Origin: Ignavibacteria bacterium
GTDB taxonomy: Bacteria; Elusimicrobiota; Endomicrobiia; PHAN01
NCBI GenBank assembly: GCA_041694835.1
Contig: JBGFRZ010000016.1
Location: forward strand, 1 to 42,629
Direction of reading: 5' to 3'
Length of the DNA: 42,629 bases
Shown: in pieces, positions 34,356 to 42,629 of the stretch
Layout of the letters: each line of letters opens with the position of its first letter
How positions within the stretch are numbered: position 1 is the stretch's first letter
The notes under the pieces: generated by a model
The model's database searches: none
Told to the model about the DNA's origin: nothing
Seen by the model: only the letters and a program-made list of their open reading frames with translations
Made by a program: the position numbers and the translations under genes

Positions 34356-35459
34356 ATGACCAACCGGTTCAAACAAAGTTTATCAGATAAAACTGTAAGT
34401 GCGTCGTATCGATATATCGGGGCTATCTCTAACGGGGTGAACCCTCTCTGCGTCAAAAAAATCCAAAAAACGCTGAAAACCGGAAAAGAGGCGTTTCTCG
34501 TCCTATCTCAAAGCAATCTTTTTTATCTTACCGGTTCAGATATAAGCGGCTATTGGCTTCTTTTGACGAAGAAAGACGTTTTTTTCATTTCGCCGCGTAT
34601 ACTTGAGTTCCAGATAAAAAATTTTTTAAGCTCCAACGTTTTCGTATCCGACACCGCCGCCCTCGCTCTGAAAAACGCGGTTGAAAAAATAGGCATAAAA
34701 AAAATCCTCTGCGACGCTTCCGAAATTAACTTATCTCTTTACGACTCTCTCGCAAAACTTGTTGAGATCGGAGCGGACAAAGGAAAAACGCTTTCGGGTA
34801 TCAGGCAGGTAAAATCCAAAGAAGAAATAAAGATAATAAAAGAAAATCAGAGAATAACCAACTCGGCCATAATTTGTGCCAGGAATTTACTGAAAACGGG
34901 TATCACCGAGTCGTTTGTACGGAAAAAGATAGTAGAATTTTTCCTGAAAAATGGAGCCGCCCCGGCATTCGAGCCGATAGTCGCCTTCGGCAAAAACACA
35001 GCATACCCCCATCACATTTCCGGCGCCTCAAAATTAAAGAAAAATGATGTCATTTTAATAGATGTCGGCTGTCGAAGGAATGGATACTGTTCCGACTTGA
35101 CAAAAACCTTTTTTTTAGGTAAAATACCTCTTCAAAAAAGATGGGTATATAATGCTGTAAAAACTGCGCAAGAAAAGGTGATGAAAACTCTTCACTCCGG
35201 AGTTGAGTGCAGGGCGATTGATGAAGTCGCGCGCGGTTTCATAGAAAAAACCGGCTATGGAAGAAATTTCATCCATGGCACAGGCCACGGCGTTGGCATT
35301 GACGCCCACGAAAGCCCTTCGGTTTCGAGAAAATCAAAGGATAAACTCATCGAAGGAATGGTAATAACCGTCGAGCCGGGCATATATCTACCCGGAAATT
35401 TCGGAGTAAGGATAGAAGACATCGTTTTGGTAAGAAAAAAAGACTGCGAGATTTTATGA
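34356..35459 (+). CDS. Xaa-Pro aminopeptidase (M24B); true start uncertain
   Basis: Motifs D.G....GY.SD.T, HGTGHGVG, HE.P, TVEPGIY and GVRIED; conserved aroQ-peptidase-efp-accBC context. Confidence 0.9.
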   Translation: MTNRFKQSLSDKTVSASYRYIGAISNGVNPLCVKKIQKTLKTGKEAFLVLSQSNLFYLTGSDISGYWLLLTKKDVFFISPRILEFQIKNFLSSNVFVSDTAALALKNAVEKIGIKKILCDASEINLSLYDSLAKLVEIGADKGKTLSGIRQVKSKEEIKIIKENQRITNSAIICARNLLKTGITESFVRKKIVEFFLKNGAAPAFEPIVAFGKNTAYPHHISGASKLKKNDVILIDVGCRRNGYCSDLTKTFFLGKIPLQKRWVYNAVKTAQEKVMKTLHSGVECRAIDEVARGFIEKTGYGRNFIHGTGHGVGIDAHESPSVSRKSKDKLIEGMVITVEPGIYLPGNFGVRIEDIVLVRKKDCEIL

Positions 35460-36013
35460 TAGACACATCGGATTTCAGGAACGGACTAAACATAGAGGTG
35501 GACGGCCAACCTTGCATGGTTGTGTGGTTTCAGCATCACAAGCCCGGAAAAGGCGGTGCCGTCATGAGGGTAAAGCTTAAGAACTTGAAGAGCGGTGCCA
35601 CCACCGAAAGGACTTTCAAATCGGGGGAGAGATTCCGCGAGGTAGATTTGAAGCGGGTTAAAAAGCAGTACCTATACAAGAATGGAGAAAACTATTTTTT
35701 CATGGATACGGAAACCTACGACAACGTCGGGATTTCAAAAGAGAAACTCGGGGGCGCCGTTAATTTTCTCAAGCCCGATGCCGAGGCGGAGGGACTCTAT
35801 CTCGACGGAGAATTCATAGGCATAGAACTTCCGATAACAGTTGTCTTAAAAGTCGCCCAGACGGTGCCTGGCGTTAAAGGAGACAGCGTCTCAAACATTA
35901 TGAAACCTGCAACACTTGAAACCGGGGTCGAGATAAACGTTCCTCTTTTCATAAAAGAAGGTGACACGGTGAAAGTTGACACGAGAACGGGCGAATATGT
36001 GGAAAGGGTTTAG
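35456..36013 (+). CDS. efp: Elongation factor P
   Basis: Motifs HHKPGKGGA, PGVKGD, KPATLETG and DTRTGEY. Confidence 0.97.
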   Translation: MIDTSDFRNGLNIEVDGQPCMVVWFQHHKPGKGGAVMRVKLKNLKSGATTERTFKSGERFREVDLKRVKKQYLYKNGENYFFMDTETYDNVGISKEKLGGAVNFLKPDAEAEGLYLDGEFIGIELPITVVLKVAQTVPGVKGDSVSNIMKPATLETGVEINVPLFIKEGDTVKVDTRTGEYVERV

Positions 36014-36014
36014 G

Positions 36015-36063
36015 CGAATTTGCGCAATACCCGGATTTCAATTGAGGTGTTAAATAAAATTCA
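36015..36063. repeat. Degenerate family-E element
   Basis: CGAATTTG...AAATTCA ends; interior similar to 22019-22071. Confidence 0.4.
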
Positions 36064-36104
36064 AGTCATCAGCACAGACGACGATTTAACGTCAAATAAA
36101 AAAA

Positions 36105-36481
36105 GGCTCTTCTCCAAATGTTGTTGTAACATTGGGTAAGGATTTTGCAATACCGCTATGATGTATGATGAGATTGTTGAAAAACCCATCTTTTTCACTT
36201 AAAGAGCAGTTTCTTAACGGTTAAAAGTTTCAATCAGACCGCAAAACTCCTCGCTTTGCTCGTCAGACATTGCGGTCTAAACGATTTCAACTTTTAACCT
36301 AAAACTGCCAAATCGTTCAAAAGATTAAGGTTTTTCAACGAGCTCATGATGTAAAAACAAAGTATTTTCGCTCATTCTCGTCCCGATAAATCGGGACTGC
36401 GAGGTAATCAAGTGTTCACACTTGATTAAACCCGCTCAAACACTTTGTTTTTATACGCACAACAAAAAATGGAGAGGACCC
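36105..36481. mobile_element. MITE family A, copy 3, carrying a nested MITE-B
   Basis: TIRs GGCTCTTCTCCA / TGGAGAGGACCC; perfect TSD TAAAAAAA (36097-36104 and 36482-36489). Confidence 0.92.
36170..36345. mobile_element. MITE family B, copy 2 (nested)
   Basis: 176 bp, near-identical reverse complement of 11461-11636; TSD ATGAT. Confidence 0.92.
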
Positions 36482-36513
36482 TAAAAAAAAGAATTTAGAG
36501 GGATACAGATAAA

Positions 36514-36918
36514 ATGACGGATATCAAGGACATAATACAGCAACTCAAAAACTCCGATATAGAAGAGGTCAGAATAGAAAATGGCAGTTTCAAATTCTCA
36601 TTCAAACGCGAAGTCGACGAAGAAAGCGTCGTCCCGAATAAGCCTCCAGACGAGGAACAAAAACCCTCTAAAAAGAGGATGCCGATAAAATCACCGATGG
36701 TAGGAAGGTTTTACAACTCTTCAGCCGCCGACCGCCCGCCTTTCGTGATAAAAGGGAACCATGTTGTGTACGGTCAAAAAGTCGGCGTTGTAGAGGCTAT
36801 GAAGATTTATAAGGACGTCCTCTCCCCGATAAAAGGTTTGATTGTTGATGTTTTGATAGAAAACAACACCCCTGTTGAATACGGGCAGGAGCTTTATTTA
36901 GTTGAGATAGAGGAATAG
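36514..36918 (+). CDS. accB: Acetyl-CoA carboxylase biotin carboxyl carrier protein
   Basis: Motifs SPMVG.FY, EAMK (biotinylation site) and PVEYGQ.L. Confidence 0.93.
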   Translation: MTDIKDIIQQLKNSDIEEVRIENGSFKFSFKREVDEESVVPNKPPDEEQKPSKKRMPIKSPMVGRFYNSSAADRPPFVIKGNHVVYGQKVGVVEAMKIYKDVLSPIKGLIVDVLIENNTPVEYGQELYLVEIEE

Positions 36919-36987
36919 AAAAAAATGACGAATGACGAATGACTGATATCCGTTATTTGTAATTTGTAATGGAGTGAAGCGAAGTTT

Positions 36988-38337
36988 ATGTTCAAAAAAG
37001 TTCTGGTTGCAAATCGTGGCGAAATCGCACTAAGGATAATAAGGGCGCTAAGGGAGATGGGCATAGCGTCGATCGCGATACATTCGGAAGTCGACAGAAA
37101 CTCTCTCCACGTCGAGATGGCCGACGAAAAAATATGTGTCGGACCCGGGCCCAGTCTCGACAGTTATCTGAATATACCGAACATAATATCGGCCGCTTTG
37201 ATAACCAAGTCAGATGCGATCCATCCGGGCTACGGCTTTCTTGCTGAAAATATATATTTCGCCGAGGTGTGCCAGAACTCCGGGATTTCTTTCATAGGAC
37301 CGAAGGCCGATACGATAAAAAAGATGGGCGACAAAATTATCGCCAGACAAATCATGAAAAAGGCCGGGGTTCCAGTTGTCCCAGGAACGGATGGTCCGGT
37401 ATCGGCGGATGACCCCGATATTTTAAAAATTGCAAAAAAAATAGGATACCCTCTGATTGTAAAGGCCTCGGCGGGTGGAGGCGGGAAGGGGATGAGGATT
37501 GTAAAAGGCGAAGATGATTTGAAAAATGCTCTCGATATAGCGCGCTCCGAAGCGAAAAACGCTTTTGGAAATGATGCCGTTTATTTTGAAAAATTTTTAG
37601 AAGAACCGAGACATATAGAATTTCAGATACTCGGAGACAAGAAAGGCAAAGTCGTCTATCTGCCCGAACGTGATTGCTCCATCCAGCGCCGTCACCAGAA
37701 ACTCGTCGAAGAAAGTCCATCGCCCGCTATCGATAAAAATCTGAGAAAAAAGATGGGAAAAGCCGCTCGCATGGCCGCATCGAGCGTAAAATATCTGACG
37801 GTTGGAACTGTTGAGTTCCTGCTTGACAAAAACGAAAATTTTTATTTCATGGAGATGAACACCCGCATACAAGTGGAACATCCCGTGACCGAAATGATAA
37901 CTGGCATAGATTTAGTAAAGGAGCAAATACGTCTTGCCGCAGGCCTGCTTCTCGAATACGATTCCGACGATATAAAGACAAACGGGCATGCAATAGAATG
38001 CCGCATAAATGCCGAAGACCCCGATAGCGATTTTATGCCCTGCCCCGGAAAAATCGAGAGGTTTATCCAGCCTGGAGGACTCGGTGTCAGGGTGGAGACA
38101 CATATTTATTCCGGATACAACGTTCCCTCGTTTTACGACAGTCTTCTTGCTAAACTTATCGTCCATGACAAAACAAGAAAAGAGGCGGTGGACAGGATGA
38201 AGAGGGTGCTTTATGAGATGAAGGTCGATGGCATAAAAACCACACTACCGCTTCATCAGAAGATATTTGAGAATGAGGACTTTTTAAAAGGCGAGGTTTA
38301 TACGAATTTTCTGCAGAAGCACATCTTTTCAATATAA
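36988..38337 (+). CDS. accC: Biotin carboxylase
   Basis: Motifs ANRGEIA, HPGYGFLAEN, GGGGKGM, ERDCSIQRRHQK and FMEMNTRIQVEH. Confidence 0.97.
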   Translation: MFKKVLVANRGEIALRIIRALREMGIASIAIHSEVDRNSLHVEMADEKICVGPGPSLDSYLNIPNIISAALITKSDAIHPGYGFLAENIYFAEVCQNSGISFIGPKADTIKKMGDKIIARQIMKKAGVPVVPGTDGPVSADDPDILKIAKKIGYPLIVKASAGGGGKGMRIVKGEDDLKNALDIARSEAKNAFGNDAVYFEKFLEEPRHIEFQILGDKKGKVVYLPERDCSIQRRHQKLVEESPSPAIDKNLRKKMGKAARMAASSVKYLTVGTVEFLLDKNENFYFMEMNTRIQVEHPVTEMITGIDLVKEQIRLAAGLLLEYDSDDIKTNGHAIECRINAEDPDSDFMPCPGKIERFIQPGGLGVRVETHIYSGYNVPSFYDSLLAKLIVHDKTRKEAVDRMKRVLYEMKVDGIKTTLPLHQKIFENEDFLKGEVYTNFLQKHIFSI

Positions 38338-38340
38338 TTT

Positions 38341-38913
38341 ATGAAAGACATCATAAGAACCCTCATCGGCGAAAACCTGCGGACTACGGAGGCGCTTAAA
38401 TCCCAAATCAATATAATATCCAAAATCGCCAGGAAAATAATGTCTGCTGCGCGGGATGATAAAAAAATCATCGTTTTCGGAAACGGCGGCAGTGCCGCGG
38501 ACGCCCAGCATTTTGCAGCTGAACTTGTCGTTAAATTCGAGAAAAAAAGACCGCCCCTGAACGCTCTTGCCCTCACAACGAACACATCTACATTGACCGC
38601 CTGTGGAAATGATTTCGGTTTCGATGAGATATTTGTTAGACAACTCGAGCCTCTTTTGAAAGTTGGTGACATCGCTATAGGCATATCTACCAGTGGCAAC
38701 TCCCCAAACGTCGTCAAAGCGATTGCTTTCGCGAAAAAGAAAAAGATTTTTACGATAGGACTTACGGGTCGGGACGGCGGCCTTATGAAAGAAATCGCTG
38801 ATCTCGTTCTTTTTGCGCCGTCGGACGTTACGGCAAGAATCCAGGAAAGTCACATACTCGCCATACACATAATCTGCAAACTCATAGAAGAAGTCATTTT
38901 TTCAAGGCATTGA
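38341..38913 (+). CDS. gmhA: Sedoheptulose-7-phosphate isomerase
   Basis: Motifs GNGGSAADAQHFAAE, GND.GF, ISTSGNS.N and RIQE.H. Confidence 0.95.
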   Translation: MKDIIRTLIGENLRTTEALKSQINIISKIARKIMSAARDDKKIIVFGNGGSAADAQHFAAELVVKFEKKRPPLNALALTTNTSTLTACGNDFGFDEIFVRQLEPLLKVGDIAIGISTSGNSPNVVKAIAFAKKKKIFTIGLTGRDGGLMKEIADLVLFAPSDVTARIQESHILAIHIICKLIEEVIFSRH

Positions 38914-38916
38914 GTT

Positions 38917-39375
38917 ATGAGTAAATTGAAGTCGCTCACCGCGTTAAAAAAAATCGTGGTTGAACTGAAAAAAAATGGCAAGAAAATCGTCTTTACAAAC
39001 GGATGCTTCGACTTAATCCATCCTGGTCACATCAAAACTTTTAGAAAAGCAAAAACATTGGGCGATATGCTTGTCGTCGGAATCAACTCTGACGCTTCGG
39101 TAAAAAAATTAAAGGGAAAATCCCGCCCGATATTAAACCAATCGAGTCGCGCTGATGTTTTGTCCGAGATGGAATCAGTCAATTACATTGTAATTTTCGG
39201 AGATGACACACCTTTGAAAGTCATAAAAACGATAAAGCCCGACGTTCTAGTAAAAGGCGGCGATTACAAAATAAGAGGCATAATCGGCCACGAAATCGCA
39301 AAAAAAGTCGTCAGGGTGCCTCTTATGAAGGGATTTTCCACGACGAACATCATAAAAAATGCCAAAACCCGATAA
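38917..39375 (+). CDS. rfaE2: D-glycero-beta-D-manno-heptose 1-phosphate adenylyltransferase
   Basis: Motifs FTNGCFDLIH.GH, NSD.SV..LKG..RP, LVKGGDY and STT.II. Confidence 0.93.
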   Translation: MSKLKSLTALKKIVVELKKNGKKIVFTNGCFDLIHPGHIKTFRKAKTLGDMLVVGINSDASVKKLKGKSRPILNQSSRADVLSEMESVNYIVIFGDDTPLKVIKTIKPDVLVKGGDYKIRGIIGHEIAKKVVRVPLMKGFSTTNIIKNAKTR

Positions 39376-39764
39376 GAAAGTTTTGAGGGTTATAGATGCG
39401 AATTTTAACCGTCTGAGAGACGCCCTTAGAGTAATCGAAGACACCCTCAGATTCGTATATGACTCCCCGTCGCACAGCAAAATCAGAAGCATAAGAACCG
39501 CTCTTTGCAAGTATATCTCCATGTCTTATCCTTCGCTTGTGACGGCGCGTTCCTCGGAAAGTGATCTCGGAAAAAACTCTCCGCAGAAAAAGCACAAAGA
39601 TGTCGAGGCGATACTCAGAGCTAATTTTTCAAGGTGTTCGGAGTCGCTTCGTGTTCTTGAAGAGTATCAGAGACTTATTTCTGCCCGGCGCTCGGCAGAG
39701 ATGAAGAAAATAAGATTTGCTCTTTATGGGGCGGAAAAAAAGATTGTTTCCGAATTATTCAAAT

Positions 39765-39775
<11 letters not shown>
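39359..39775 (+). CDS. Stand-alone ThiD2-domain protein
   Basis: Duplicated motif R.IDANFNR.R..LRV.ED and ANF.R..ESLRVLEE; adjacent to thiC. Confidence 0.8.
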
Positions 39776-41925
<2,150 letters not shown>

Positions 41926-41942
41926 CTGCGGGGTGTTTTACT

Positions 41943-42629
41943 GTGGAGTATAAAAAATTTATCGCAATTCTGAACAAGCATTTATTCAGTAAAGAAAAAA
42001 GTGAGATGCTGAAAAAGATTGCTGAATGGCCGGAGCGATTTATTGGTTTATTCAGACCCACCAAACCAGGAACAAAAGTACTTCAAAATTTATTACAGTC
42101 GCACGAGATTAGATTTGGAGATGCTTTTGAAGAATTAATCGAGAAAATTTTGCAAGATTGGGGCTATAAAAATTTTGATAAAAATATTGTCAACGATAAA
42201 AGAGCAGAATTATTGATGGACCAATATTTTGGCAAATCAGATAAAGTTTATTTTGTTGAGCAGAAAGTACGGGATGACCACGACTCAACTAAGAAACGAG
42301 GACAAATTTCAAATTTTGAAATAAAATTGGAAATTCTTTATAAAAAGCATGGGAAACAACTTGTCGGAATTATGTATTTTATTGACCCTGCTCTTTCAAA
42401 AAATAAGAATTTTTATGAACAAGAGATGACAAGATTAAATTCTTTTTATGACATTGAACTTAAATTGTTTTATGGGAAAGAATTTTTTGAGTATTTTAAA
42501 AATCCAGAAATGTGGGACAACATTCTTATGTGGTTAAAACAATGGAAAAAAGATTTGCCTGATATACCGGACATCAATTGTGACAAGGAACCACAAAATA
42601 GTTTTACCGAATTAAAGGATTTAAAATTA
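41943..42629 (+). CDS. Type II restriction endonuclease, HpyAIV-like (partial; absent from the ORF track)
   Basis: Open frame from GTG 41943 to the window end: PERFIGLFRPTKP, QSHEIRFGDAFE and EQKVRDDHDSTKKRGQ (PD-(D/E)xK-type). Follows the MTase. Confidence 0.75.
   Translation, partial: MEYKKFIAILNKHLFSKEKSEMLKKIAEWPERFIGLFRPTKPGTKVLQNLLQSHEIRFGDAFEELIEKILQDWGYKNFDKNIVNDKRAELLMDQYFGKSDKVYFVEQKVRDDHDSTKKRGQISNFEIKLEILYKKHGKQLVGIMYFIDPALSKNKNFYEQEMTRLNSFYDIELKLFYGKEFFEYFKNPEMWDNILMWLKQWKKDLPDIPDINCDKEPQNSFTELKDLKL

Overview
A bacterial chromosomal segment, mostly housekeeping genes; the gene style suggests an uncultured diderm such as Elusimicrobiota, but that is not provable from this window. 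Left to right: a small AT-rich accessory patch (GyrI-like protein, membrane protein, HTH remnant); a minus-strand run glmU-prs-rplY-pth-(V-ATPase G/H-like)-(V-ATPase I)-HAMP-nadA-nadB; a minus-strand operon (secreted glycosidase-like/CBM protein, OM-barrel-LysM protein, degenerate His kinase, degenerate receiver-TM-propeller protein, unknown protein, proB, ychF); DUF4912, GH57, LysM protein and pgi; a BirA-type-operator biotin operon bioB-fabG-fabF-bioF-bioD-bioA; aroQ-pepP-efp-accBC-gmhA-rfaE2-thiD2-thiC; and a GANTC-type type II R-M pair cut by the window end. No rRNA, tRNA or CRISPR was seen. The most notable signals are: (1) four exact copies of the 14-bp quasi-palindrome CGAACAAATGTTCG within about 14.5 kb, three of them inside coding sequence; (2) several families of non-autonomous miniature elements with TIRs and TSDs, one nested in another and two inserted into apparent leaderless or near-leaderless promoters; (3) tandem-repeat DNA read in frame as a signal peptide and as a BioA loop; (4) a biotin operon with its own FabF/FabG instead of BioC/H/W/I/Z; (5) a degenerate two-component pair in an envelope operon. 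Family assignments come from motif recognition, not database searches.
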